DNA of 64,000 nt from Dehalococcoidia bacterium (GCA_965206275.1 OZ242203.1:1123190-1187189); one strand, 5' to 3'; counted from the stretch's first letter, positions 9,256 to 18,352 are shown. The notes: a model not told the origin generated them from the sequence alone. A program made the numbers and translations.

Positions 9256-10050
9256 CTACCCTCGAAAGATGTGTTCCCGATGGTAAGCGAGAAACTCGGG
9301 GGCTGGCCGCAGTTTTTCGGGTGGGCTAATCGCATGTCCGTCATAAGCTACGATGGTTTGCGCAAAGAATCTGTCCTCATCCGATTCAGTATTTCTAGAA
9401 ACTCTAACAATCAGGTCGCCATCGAGAGTTATCAAGCCACGGTCAAATGCCTTGTCATGTAGCGCAGACAGGAGCAGTCCATTGCGCGGGTTAATCCGGT
9501 TCTTCTTGTCGATGTGCCACGGAACGATGTGGCTGGCAATGAGCAAGTCAGTCTCCGAAAGTCCGGAGATGCAACATCGGTAGTTGTATGCCGCCAAGAC
9601 TGCCTTACGGAAGAAGTCTTGCCCAGCTCTCTGAATGACGACCACCTGTCGCTCTGTAGTACGTTCTTGTTCCTCATCAGCCATGTCAGCAGGGTCGGAT
9701 TCATCCAACAGTCCATGGTTCTGCCGGGCGACTGTCGATTCCTCCAAAAAGGCATCCCAGTCCTCACCCATTTCGTTCCAAATGTCTCTGACAGCGGCCG
9801 ACCCGTTTTGTAAGCCCCGCTGTTCGAGGTCTGGGTCCAAGCTCGCATAGTTGCCTAGCCTCATGGCAACCGACCCGCCTGTCCGCCCAATTGCCTCCGC
9901 TACTCGCATAACTTCCTTATTCCGCGAGTTGTATTGTCCGAAGGGAATCCGCCAATAGAGGTCGAGGACAATCAGCAGTTCTTCCCTACTCCAGCCGCGT
10001 CCTCTGCGGGAAGAACTGGTATCACCGAGAATCTGTCCGCCGTTGGCCAT
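9256..10050 (-). CDS. HNH endonuclease (predicted restriction endonuclease type)
   Basis: WSREEL..LYWRIPFG N-domain; FFRKAVLAAYNYRCCISG, ASHIVPW, NPRNGLLL..LHDKAFDRG, YHREHIF. Confidence 0.88.
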   Translation of the reverse strand: MANGGQILGDTSSSRRGRGWSREELLIVLDLYWRIPFGQYNSRNKEVMRVAEAIGRTGGSVAMRLGNYASLDPDLEQRGLQNGSAAVRDIWNEMGEDWDAFLEESTVARQNHGLLDESDPADMADEEQERTTERQVVVIQRAGQDFFRKAVLAAYNYRCCISGLSETDLLIASHIVPWHIDKKNRINPRNGLLLSALHDKAFDRGLITLDGDLIVRVSRNTESDEDRFFAQTIVAYDGHAISPPEKLRPAPEFLAYHREHIFRG

Positions 10051-10094
10051 GGGCTAAGTATAAAGCGGGCGTAGGATTCTACTGGCGAATGAGA

Positions 10095-10183
10095 TGGATT
10101 CCCGCTTTCGCGGGAATGACGGCATCCCTTCGACAGGCTTAGGGTGAACGGGTATAGATTCCTCGGCTGCGCTCGGAATGACA
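10095..10183 (+). repeat. mosaic of three short palindromic elements (A 10095-10120, C 10126-10151, B 10156-10183)
   Basis: TGGATTCCCGCTTTCGCGGGAATGAC; CCCTTCGACAGGCTTAGGGTGAACGG; AGATTCCTCGGCTGCGCTCGGAATGACA. Confidence 0.85.
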
Positions 10184-10188
10184 GCAGG

Positions 10189-11967
10189 CTACTGGCTATT
10201 CGGCTCAGCTTGCGGGGGCTGCCCGTTGCCGCTGCCGATGCTCGGCATGCTGCGGCCGCGGAGGATGGCCTGGTAGTGACGTCCCCAGAGGGGATCGTTT
10301 TCGAGTGAGCTGAAATCGTCCTGGCCCCAGATCCAGCTCCGGACCTCTTCGTTCGATGCGACGGCGGCGCGCAGGGCGTTCAGGGCAAGTTCCGTCCGAC
10401 CCTGCCGTCCCAGCACGCGCGCATACCAGAACAGGGCATCCGCGGAATCATCGGGTCGAGCTTGAACGGATGCGTTTAGGGAGTCCAACGCCTGCGTGAG
10501 CATCCCAACGTCAGTGAACGCGACACCCCTGTTATAGAGGGCATCCGCGTGATTGGGGTCGATGCGCAGCGCGGCATCGAATGAATCGATAGCCTCCATG
10601 GTGCGGCGCATCTGTGCGAGGGCGTTGCCGCGATTGTTCAACGCGTCCGGGTCATTGGGCCGCAACGTGAGGACACGATTGTATGACTCCAGCGCCGCGG
10701 CATAGTCCTGCAACTCCATGTAGGTGTTGCCGCGGCTGTTCTCCGCGTCTGCATGGCGAGGCTCAATCTCCACGGCGCGCGCAAACTCGCTCAGCGCGTC
10801 GCCCAGCAAATCCTTGCGGTAGAAGACGATGCCGCGTCCGTGGTGGGCATCCGGGTGTCGTTCAGCCAACTGGAGCGCGAGGTTGAACGTGCCGAGCGCA
10901 TCATCAAGGCGGTCCAACTGATTGAGGACGAGGCCGCGGTAGACAAGGGCTTCGATGTGATCAGGGCGTCTGAGCAGCGCGTCCTGCAGGGCAACCAGAG
11001 CGTCCTCCGTCCTGCCAACCGCCAAGAGGGCACGGCCCCTGGTGGAGAGAGCGCGGGCATGACCGGGCTCGAGGGCGATGGCGCGATCACATGCCGCAAT
11101 CGCCTCGTCGTAGCGGTGCATCTCCGTCAGAGCGGCGGCAACGTTCACGTGCAACACCGGCAGGGATTCATGATCGCGCAGCGCTTCCTGGAAGGAGACC
11201 AGCGCTTGCTGAGGCTGGCCGGCCAGCATGAAGACGTTGCCAGAGTTGACCTTCGGCTCAATCAGGTTCGGGTCGATTTCAGTCGCCCGGCGATAACTGG
11301 CAAAGGCCGGTTCTATGCGCCGCAGTCGGATCAGCGCATTGCCACGATTGTTGAGGACGCGAGCGGGATGGGCAGCGCCAAGCTGCAGAACACGCTCCAG
11401 GGCCTGCAGAGCCTCATCAAATCGGCTCAGTTCCGCCAGCGCCGCCGCGCGGCCTGCAACGGCATCCGTGTTATCCGCGTCGGCAGCGATGACTCTATCG
11501 AAAGCATGGAGGGCGTCCTGCGGTCTGGCCAGCGCCAGGTGTGAGATGCCACTCGCGTACGATACCTTGCCGATAATCTTGCGATTGCGTCGGGCGAAAT
11601 CGAACGATTCAACGGCAGCATCGAACTGCCGCTGTCGCATAAGCGCCAAGCCACGCAGATACCAGATATCCGGGGCCTGCTTGTCGGTTGCGCCATCAAG
11701 CGCGTATTCATAAGCGACGAGGGCACGAAGCCAATCGCCGGTGCTTGCCCACGCGCGTCCCTCAAGCAGCCAGTCTGAGGTCCCCTTGTCATCAGAGACT
11801 TGTTCGAGGAGATGGTACAGGAGGATGCCAATCTGCTCGGAGGCGTCAGGGAGACGGGAGGCGAGAATGTCGGCATCGATCCAGTCATCGCCTCGCGGCC
11901 AGTCCGGAGGCATGTCAAGGAGTTCAATGGTAGTGCCCCGGAGATCGAGGAGGGGCGGCAGGCTCAC
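10189..11967 (-). CDS. tetratricopeptide-repeat protein
   Basis: More than ten 34-aa TPR units (e.g. ALNNRGNALAQMRRTMEAIDSFDAALRIDP) and a C-terminal capping repeat ending DDFSSL. Confidence 0.88.
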   Translation of the reverse strand: MSLPPLLDLRGTTIELLDMPPDWPRGDDWIDADILASRLPDASEQIGILLYHLLEQVSDDKGTSDWLLEGRAWASTGDWLRALVAYEYALDGATDKQAPDIWYLRGLALMRQRQFDAAVESFDFARRNRKIIGKVSYASGISHLALARPQDALHAFDRVIAADADNTDAVAGRAAALAELSRFDEALQALERVLQLGAAHPARVLNNRGNALIRLRRIEPAFASYRRATEIDPNLIEPKVNSGNVFMLAGQPQQALVSFQEALRDHESLPVLHVNVAAALTEMHRYDEAIAACDRAIALEPGHARALSTRGRALLAVGRTEDALVALQDALLRRPDHIEALVYRGLVLNQLDRLDDALGTFNLALQLAERHPDAHHGRGIVFYRKDLLGDALSEFARAVEIEPRHADAENSRGNTYMELQDYAAALESYNRVLTLRPNDPDALNNRGNALAQMRRTMEAIDSFDAALRIDPNHADALYNRGVAFTDVGMLTQALDSLNASVQARPDDSADALFWYARVLGRQGRTELALNALRAAVASNEEVRSWIWGQDDFSSLENDPLWGRHYQAILRGRSMPSIGSGNGQPPQAEPNSQ

Positions 11968-12611
11968 GCGCGGTGCCTCTCGTTGTCCACGCCCTCCGAG
12001 AGGATATCGCCGATGGAGTTGCCGGGGGGCTCCGCGTCGTCATCAAAGGGTTCCGTCTCCTCGGATGGGGAGTCCGGGAGAGCGAACGGGGAAACAATCG
12101 GGATGTCCTCGAATGCAGCGGAGCCGTCCGCGCGGAGGCGGCGGACCTCAGCTTCCGCCTCCGCCAGGTAAGACGCAATGGCCTCCCTCTCAAGGCGCGC
12201 AATCTCCGGGCGGGCGCGGATGAATCCACGGAGGACGGTGTAGTAGCGCTCCGCGGCCGTCACCAACTCTGCTGCCAGATCCTGTCGTTCCTCTTCACTA
12301 TCCCCCGTGTCCACAGAAAGACGCAGGCGGATGGCGTTGACCAGTTCCCCTTGCCGCCGCACGGCGTCAACCTCAGCGGCGGCCTCCTCGTGCTCAAGTT
12401 CCCTGTTTCGCAATTCCGCCTGGTTGCGGAGGGTGAGCGCCAGAATGACGAGGGCTGCGAACGCGACAATCGTGATGACCACCGGGATAAAGCCCGTGAC
12501 GATAGCGTCGCCAATATCAGAAAATGGGATGGTGATAACACCTGTCAGGTGCAGAATGCCGAGAATAGTTGAGGTCAGCACCAGGGCGATGCTGACGGCA
12601 AGCGTCTTCAC
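11964..12611 (-). CDS. hypothetical membrane protein (2 TM, helical region, acidic tail)
   Basis: Two N-terminal hydrophobic helices; 4-nt overlaps with both TPR genes. Confidence 0.7.
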   Translation of the reverse strand: MKTLAVSIALVLTSTILGILHLTGVITIPFSDIGDAIVTGFIPVVITIVAFAALVILALTLRNQAELRNRELEHEEAAAEVDAVRRQGELVNAIRLRLSVDTGDSEEERQDLAAELVTAAERYYTVLRGFIRARPEIARLEREAIASYLAEAEAEVRRLRADGSAAFEDIPIVSPFALPDSPSEETEPFDDDAEPPGNSIGDILSEGVDNERHRA

Positions 12612-13951
12612 GACGCAATCAGTTGCTCGAACCGTGACGCCACATCGGGGTCTGAGTACAGCGCGCCAAAGTCCGTTTCCGTCTTGGCTTGTTCACGCAA
12701 AGTGGGGGAGGCGGTGACCGCCTGCCGCAGAGCTTCAAACGCCTCCGTCGTCTGGCCGAGTCGGCTTTGTGCCCTGGCCTTGTGAAAGAGCGCGTCCGCA
12801 AAGCCGGGGCGCAGAACGGCGGCGCGGTCAAAGGAGGCAACGGCATCCCGAAACTGCTCCAGTCGCGCAAGGGCGACACCTCGACCGTAGTGCGCTTCCG
12901 GGATGTCCAGACGCAGGCGCAGGCAACGCTCGAAGGCATCCGCCGCTTCTTCAAACCGCCCCATACGAGAGTAGGTGACGCCGCGGTTGTAGTGCGCCCG
13001 GGCAAAGGCAGGGCGAAGATCAATGGCCCGCTCATAGGACCGCAGGGCCTCGTCGTTGCGACCCGAGAGAGCAAGCGCGTTTCCGAGATCGTTGTGTAGA
13101 TCGGGGTTGTCGGACAGATATGTCCGGGCGTTCTCAAAACCTATGATGGCGTCATCAAGGCGACCGGAATCGGAGAGAGCACGGGCGCGGTCATAGATTG
13201 TGTCGCCGTCCTGCCCGTTGATGCTTAGCGCGGAGTCAAAATCCCGGATGGCGTCATCGAATCTGTCCAACTCGGCAAGAACATTACCCCGGCCTGCCAG
13301 AACCGCAGGATCCGGATTCCCGCCTGCGGGGAGCAGCCCGTCATAAACCTGTAGGGCCTCACGCAGTTCACCATCGCGCTGCAGCGCGACGGCGTACAGC
13401 AGGCGAATCTGTGGGTCTTCAGGCAACTCTCGCAGCGCCTGCCTGTATGCGGCGGAGGCGCGTTCATCCTCGCCGATAGCGAGGTAGGCGTTGCCGCGAA
13501 ACACCCAGTCCTGCGCCGAGAAAGTTTCGAGAACGTCAGAACGCTCCAGCAACAAACGCACTTCCGGCCGCAGATGGGCCTGCAATGCATGTGGCGAGGC
13601 GGCATCCCGCGAGGACGGCGCCCTGCTTCTCAAGGCTCGTTGGGCGCGCCATGCCTCTTCATGTGATTCATACATGCGGCGGAGGCGCTCAGCCTCCTCG
13701 TTGTCACCGCGCCGCTCTGCGGAGGCAATCTGTCGCTCAAAGCTGCGCCAAAAGTCCTGCTCGACCTCACCGTGCACTTCCTCAAGATCGGCAGCGTCAG
13801 CGACAGCTGTGTCCGGCGGTGTTTCAGTCACGCTGCGTTCAGACATTCCAGTGAAAAGGTTGCTGAAGAATTTCATGCGCCATTCCAGCACCGCGATGGC
13901 GATAAGCGACGCCCCAACAAGCACAACTATTACCGGCATTAAGTCCTGCAT
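12608..13951 (-). CDS. membrane-anchored tetratricopeptide-repeat protein
   Basis: N-terminal TM (PVIVVLVGASLIAIAVL), about 8 TPR units, C-terminal ETDFGAL cap; start taken at ATG 13951. Confidence 0.85.
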   Translation of the reverse strand: MQDLMPVIVVLVGASLIAIAVLEWRMKFFSNLFTGMSERSVTETPPDTAVADAADLEEVHGEVEQDFWRSFERQIASAERRGDNEEAERLRRMYESHEEAWRAQRALRSRAPSSRDAASPHALQAHLRPEVRLLLERSDVLETFSAQDWVFRGNAYLAIGEDERASAAYRQALRELPEDPQIRLLYAVALQRDGELREALQVYDGLLPAGGNPDPAVLAGRGNVLAELDRFDDAIRDFDSALSINGQDGDTIYDRARALSDSGRLDDAIIGFENARTYLSDNPDLHNDLGNALALSGRNDEALRSYERAIDLRPAFARAHYNRGVTYSRMGRFEEAADAFERCLRLRLDIPEAHYGRGVALARLEQFRDAVASFDRAAVLRPGFADALFHKARAQSRLGQTTEAFEALRQAVTASPTLREQAKTETDFGALYSDPDVASRFEQLIAS

Positions 13952-14050
13952 ATAGGGGAAAGGGTACTCCCGATACGTTCTAACGGCAACACGACAGGAC
14001 ATAAGAAGGTACGGGAAAGAGCGCATTCATGTGCCACATGGAGTTGCGGG

Positions 14051-14070
14051 ATAAGCACGTCTGTTCTTAT
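14051..14070. promoter_or_regulatory. LexA-type operator (GAAC-N4-GTTC, one mismatch) upstream of the capsid gene
   Basis: ATAAGCAC-GTCT-GTTCTTAT: 8-bp inverted arms with one mismatch. Confidence 0.55.
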
Positions 14071-14121
14071 CTTTCCGCCATTGGATATCGCCGGAACAAC
14101 GCTCCCTGGGAGGTGAAACGA

Positions 14122-15012
14122 ATGGCGCTCACATTGACGGAAGCAGCCAAGCTCTCCAATGACGTCCTGTTGCAGGGCGTGATAGAAACGGTGATCAAGG
14201 ACAGTCCCGTTCTCCAGACGCTGCCCTTCATCGAGATTGTCGGGAACGGTCTCACCTACAACAGGGAAAAGGCCGCTCCGACAGTCGGTTTCTACAGCGT
14301 TGGCGATACGTGGACGGAGAGCACGCCGACGTTCACCCAGTTGACGGCGACGCTCTCCATCCTGGGCGGCGACGCGGACGTGGACAACTATCTTGCGACC
14401 ACACGGTCCAACATCCAGGACCTCGAAGCGGCGGTCGTACAGCTGAAGGCGCGGGCGATCCAGCACAAGTTCGAGGATACGTTCATCAACGGGAACACGG
14501 ACATTGAAGAGGACTCGTTCGATGGGCTCGACATCCTGGCAACGGGTGATCAGGCCCTCACGATGGGGCAGGACGGCGACACGCTGACGCTGGACAAGCT
14601 CGATGAACTCATCGACACCGTCAAGGGTGGGAAGCCGGAGATGCTCCTGATGAGCCGCCGCTCTCGCCGCAAGCTCAATTCGCTCGCCCGCGCCTCCGGT
14701 TCCGGCATCGTGGTGTCCGACCGCGATGAGTTCGGCCAGATGGTGCAGTACTACGACGGCATCCCTGTGGGCGTGAACGACTGGATCTCCGATGCGCAGA
14801 CGGTTGGGAACAGCACCGATTGCTCGACGATTTTCGCCTACCAGGCAGGCGAGGGCGGGCTTGTGGGTCTAACGTCTCCGGGCGGACTGCAGGTGGAACG
14901 CGTCGGCAACCTGGAGACGAAGGACGCGCGGCGAACACGCGTGAAGTGGTACGTGAGCCTTGCCCTGTTCAACACGGCCAAGCTCGCCAAGCTGACGGGA
15001 GTTCGGGACTAG
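14122..15012 (+). CDS. phage major capsid protein (HK97-like fold predicted)
   Basis: MALTLTEAAKLS, SPVLQTLPF, F.NG....SFDGL, TLDKLDELID, YDGIPV, RVKWY.SLA..N...LAKL.GV; GGAGGTG SD before ATG 14122; 296 aa. Confidence 0.85.
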   Translation: MALTLTEAAKLSNDVLLQGVIETVIKDSPVLQTLPFIEIVGNGLTYNREKAAPTVGFYSVGDTWTESTPTFTQLTATLSILGGDADVDNYLATTRSNIQDLEAAVVQLKARAIQHKFEDTFINGNTDIEEDSFDGLDILATGDQALTMGQDGDTLTLDKLDELIDTVKGGKPEMLLMSRRSRRKLNSLARASGSGIVVSDRDEFGQMVQYYDGIPVGVNDWISDAQTVGNSTDCSTIFAYQAGEGGLVGLTSPGGLQVERVGNLETKDARRTRVKWYVSLALFNTAKLAKLTGVRD

Positions 15013-15051
15013 TTTCTCTGTTCGCGGTCAGCACGGATAGAAGGACGGAAG

Positions 15052-15672
15052 ATGAGCACGCTGGGACAGGTGCGGGAGCGCGTACGGCGCGATCTGCACG
15101 ATGAGGACGCCAATAGCTACCGCTGGACGGACGATGTGTTGAACCGTCACATCGAGCGGGCGCTTGCCAAGGTCTCAAAGGTCGCGCCGCAGGAGAAGAT
15201 AGCTTCCAAGGGACTGACAGACGGCAGCAGGGAAGTCTCGGTTGCAGACCTGACCGATCGCGTCGTCGTTGAGGCTGTCGAGTATCCCGTGGGCAAGCAC
15301 CCACCGTCCCGCGTGCGCTTCAACCAATGGGGCGACACGCTCATGTTGAACCTGCCCGGCGAACCGAAGGTAGGCGAGAGCGTCACCGTGTACTACGGCG
15401 CGCTTCATCGACTGACGGACTCCGCATCCACCCTGCCCGAGGCGCTGGAGGAGCTGGTGATCACGGGCGCGGCGGCATACGCGGCGCTGGAGTGGGCCGC
15501 CTACGCGGTCAATCGCCTGAATGTCGGCGGGCAGGACGTGTGGCGACAGTACCTGACATGGGCGGAGGAGCGGATGGCCGACTTTGAGCTGCAGTTGGCA
15601 CGAATCGGCCGACGCTCCGGCTTTCGCGCTCGAAAGCTCTTCCATGCGGACGATGGCGACGGCGAACTCTAG
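15052..15672 (+). CDS. putative phage head-tail adaptor protein
   Basis: TLGQVRERVRRDLHD....RWTDDVLNRHIERAL N-terminal helix pair typical of adaptor proteins; directly follows the capsid gene. Confidence 0.6.
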   Translation: MSTLGQVRERVRRDLHDEDANSYRWTDDVLNRHIERALAKVSKVAPQEKIASKGLTDGSREVSVADLTDRVVVEAVEYPVGKHPPSRVRFNQWGDTLMLNLPGEPKVGESVTVYYGALHRLTDSASTLPEALEELVITGAAAYAALEWAAYAVNRLNVGGQDVWRQYLTWAEERMADFELQLARIGRRSGFRARKLFHADDGDGEL

Positions 15673-15716
15673 GCCGTCCGAACGCAGCAGCACGATCAAT
15701 TCCACGGTGAGCAGAG

Positions 15717-17702
15717 ATGCATTCCCTATCTGAAACCCTGCTGGCCGCGCAGCGCGACCGCGCAGCCATTCCGTACGTGCACGCCACGCTCGCTGAGCGG
15801 TGGGGCGGCGTAACACAACTCAGATGGGAACGCCTTGTTTCCGAGGAGGAGTCGGACGGGCCGCATGACGCCGTCGTCACGTCCGGCGGCTCTCTCATCC
15901 GCGTCCGCGCTCAGGCCAACCCGAACGGGCTCTTCGTACAGCGGACAGTCACTCCCGGCCCGGATACACAGTTCGGGGCGTGGCGAAATCTCGGCACGAC
16001 ATCCGCCTCAGCAGGCGTTGCGGTCATTGAGCTTGGCGGACAGATCCATGTTTTTGACGTTGCGCCCAACCAGCGGACAATCCGCGAGCGAACGAGCCGG
16101 GATGACGGCGCGACCTTCGGCTCGCCGCGCACAATCGCTACCGCGGCTGCAAATGTGACCTCCCTTGCGGCGGCATCCAGCGCGGGCGGCGGAGCGCTGC
16201 TGTTCTACGCGGAGTCAACAGGCACAGTTCGCTCAATGACGAGAACTGCAGGGGCATGGTCGTCACCTGCCGGGTGGACCAACTCGTTGAGGACGGTGGA
16301 CGGCATCGCATGCGCCCATATCGACGGCGATTGGGCCGTCGTGGTGTGCGGGACACTCTCAAACAGCTCGTCAGGCGTGTGGACATGCACCTTTGGTGCG
16401 GGTTCATCACAGACCGCGGGAACGTGGTCGACACTGCGGGAGGTGATTGCGTCGGCCGCGGGCGCTGATGTGACATACTCCGATCCCGGCATTTGCGAGG
16501 CGGACGGGCCGCGGATCAGCTTTGTTGAAGCGTATAGCGGGACGACCGCGTACACGCAGACGATGACGACGCACGCTGCGGCAGGTACGCGCTTTCGCGA
16601 CCATCGCTGGCGCGAACCCTCGCCGTTCGGCCAGATCGGAGGGACAGGGCCTGCGCTCACTGCCAATGCCTCCTTTGCGTGGCTGACAACACCGTCGGGC
16701 GTGTGGCGAGCGCGCAGCGGCACCCCGTCCATTGATATTTCCCAGTCCGTTATTGCCGTGGACGTGAGAGAAACACCGCGCGGCGCTTCCGTGGCACTTG
16801 TTCTGGCTGAAGGGCCGCACCTTGATGCGTCAATCACTGTTGGCTCGGGCCCATTGGGGCATGAACTCAGCATTGCGTGGGGTTTTGAGACGGCTGAAGG
16901 ACAGGAAACGGGTCAGCCCCAGCGCTATTGGGTTCGGGAGGTTCGACGAGAGACGCAGCGGGGCAGCCCTGTAACGGTTTTGGAGGCGGAGGACGCGTGG
17001 TGGTTCCTGGGCAACATGCGAGCGCGGCGTCAACTCACGTGGCCGGCGCACACGACATCCGTGTGGAACATCCTCGGCCAGTTGCTCACAATGGCGGGTC
17101 TGTCCGCCACACTTGCCCGTTCAAGCCCGGCGATCGTCGCCACGTATCCCGCCATCACGGTCTCCCCGAATGACAGTCTTGCGGTTGCCATCAACCGCCT
17201 CATGTCCCGTGTGCCGGATGTCCTGCGTTTCTCTGACGGCGTGCTAGAGGCAATTCACACCCGTGAGACCGACTCCGCCGTTTATTCCTATGGCGAGCCG
17301 GAGGGCCATGCCCTGCTGGACGCCGCGCGCTCATCCGCGCTCTCCCGCGTCAATCACGTGCAGGTCTACGGGCGCGGGGCAATCGCTCAGGCGGTCAATG
17401 AACGGGAGATGGCATCCGTCGGAAGTCTCTTGGTGCAGGTCGTCGACCCCTCACTGACAACAGCAGAGGTGGTGGCGACAAGAGCGGACGCCGAGCTACG
17501 CTCACGTGGCATCCTGCAGCCCTTTGCGCGCATCACGGTCCCGGTGAACGCCGGGCAGCAACTGCATGACGTGGTGTCGGTCACCGCGCCGTCTGTGGGG
17601 TGGGCGTCGGAGCGGTTGCGGGTGGCGGGCCTGCGGACCCGTTACGACATCGGCAGGTCGCAGCCGGTGTACCAGCAGGACATCGATCTGAGCGGAGTGT
17701 AG
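15717..17702 (+). CDS. putative phage tail protein (N-terminal beta-propeller plus C-terminal hub-like region)
   Basis: Asp-box SRDDGATF and Trp-marked beta blades in the N-half; C-half with alpha/beta pattern reminiscent of baseplate hub proteins; position in the capsid operon. Confidence 0.5.
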   Translation: MHSLSETLLAAQRDRAAIPYVHATLAERWGGVTQLRWERLVSEEESDGPHDAVVTSGGSLIRVRAQANPNGLFVQRTVTPGPDTQFGAWRNLGTTSASAGVAVIELGGQIHVFDVAPNQRTIRERTSRDDGATFGSPRTIATAAANVTSLAAASSAGGGALLFYAESTGTVRSMTRTAGAWSSPAGWTNSLRTVDGIACAHIDGDWAVVVCGTLSNSSSGVWTCTFGAGSSQTAGTWSTLREVIASAAGADVTYSDPGICEADGPRISFVEAYSGTTAYTQTMTTHAAAGTRFRDHRWREPSPFGQIGGTGPALTANASFAWLTTPSGVWRARSGTPSIDISQSVIAVDVRETPRGASVALVLAEGPHLDASITVGSGPLGHELSIAWGFETAEGQETGQPQRYWVREVRRETQRGSPVTVLEAEDAWWFLGNMRARRQLTWPAHTTSVWNILGQLLTMAGLSATLARSSPAIVATYPAITVSPNDSLAVAINRLMSRVPDVLRFSDGVLEAIHTRETDSAVYSYGEPEGHALLDAARSSALSRVNHVQVYGRGAIAQAVNEREMASVGSLLVQVVDPSLTTAEVVATRADAELRSRGILQPFARITVPVNAGQQLHDVVSVTAPSVGWASERLRVAGLRTRYDIGRSQPVYQQDIDLSGV

Positions 17703-17704
17703 GT

Positions 17705-17920
17705 ATGGAGCTGCGTCGGGGCACATTAAGGGGCTTCAACTCGTCGTCATTCACAGCAGACGTTCAGTTGGACGGGAGCGTGCCGACGTGGCTGACAGGG
17801 GCTCGCATCAGCCGGGCGATTCCGTCCACGGAGATGCTGGCCGGCCGATCGTGTATCGTGGCCTTCGCTTCAGACCCATCCGACCCCACTGAGGCCGTCG
17901 TTATCGCGGTTTACACCTAG
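17705..17920 (+). CDS. small beta-rich protein, putative spike/baseplate OB-fold
   Basis: MELRRGTLRGFNSSSFTADVQLDG...GRSCIVAF...AVVIAVYT, 71 aa; ATG 2 nt after the upstream stop. Confidence 0.5.
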   Translation: MELRRGTLRGFNSSSFTADVQLDGSVPTWLTGARISRAIPSTEMLAGRSCIVAFASDPSDPTEAVVIAVYT

Positions 17921-17943
17921 TTGGGGGTGAGCCCGCGCGACTA

Positions 17944-18276
17944 CTACTGGGGAATGCTCAGGCAGGGACGGATGATGGCGCTCCCTCCGATGGCGATGTG
18001 GGGCGAACCCTGCGCGATCCTCGCGGCGTCCTCCAGAGATTCCGCGTTGATGATCAGGTAGCCGCCAACTCCAATGTCCTCGGGCACATAGTCATTGATG
18101 CCATCTTTTTCGACCACCTTGCCGCCGGGTTCCAATGGTCTGCCGGAGTCCAGCGCGCCGGAGGCAACCAGCCCTCCAAGCCACGCCTGCCACTCGCCCA
18201 TATAAGCCTGTGTTTGCTCATCCCCGTCCTGCGAGTCCAGAGCGCGACCAACGGTCAGCACAAGAAATTGCTGCAT
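17944..18276 (-). CDS. YciI-family protein
   Basis: GEWQAW, GGYLIINAESLEDAARIAQGSP..GGSAIIRP; GGAGG SD before ATG 18276. Confidence 0.8.
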   Translation of the reverse strand: MQQFLVLTVGRALDSQDGDEQTQAYMGEWQAWLGGLVASGALDSGRPLEPGGKVVEKDGINDYVPEDIGVGGYLIINAESLEDAARIAQGSPHIAIGGSAIIRPCLSIPQ

Positions 18277-18352
18277 GACTCCTCCAACTCCTGTTACTCC
18301 ACCCACTGATGCCGACACCCCAGATGGCCTGCCGCGCTTGTATAGTATCCGC

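Noticed and set aside
10095-10183. CRISPR array (also considered for 23427-23595)
   Set aside because: Units are different palindromes without constant repeat-spacer periodicity, and no cas genes are present
14029-14121. N-terminal extension of the capsid ORF given in the ORF track
   Set aside because: Strong SD and typical N-terminus at ATG 14122; the extension covers the promoter/operator region
14122-17920. Intact prophage, or a classical encapsulin locus
   Set aside because: No integrase, att sites, replication, packaging or lysis genes for a prophage; no cargo enzyme, and adaptor/tail-like genes follow the shell gene, unlike encapsulins
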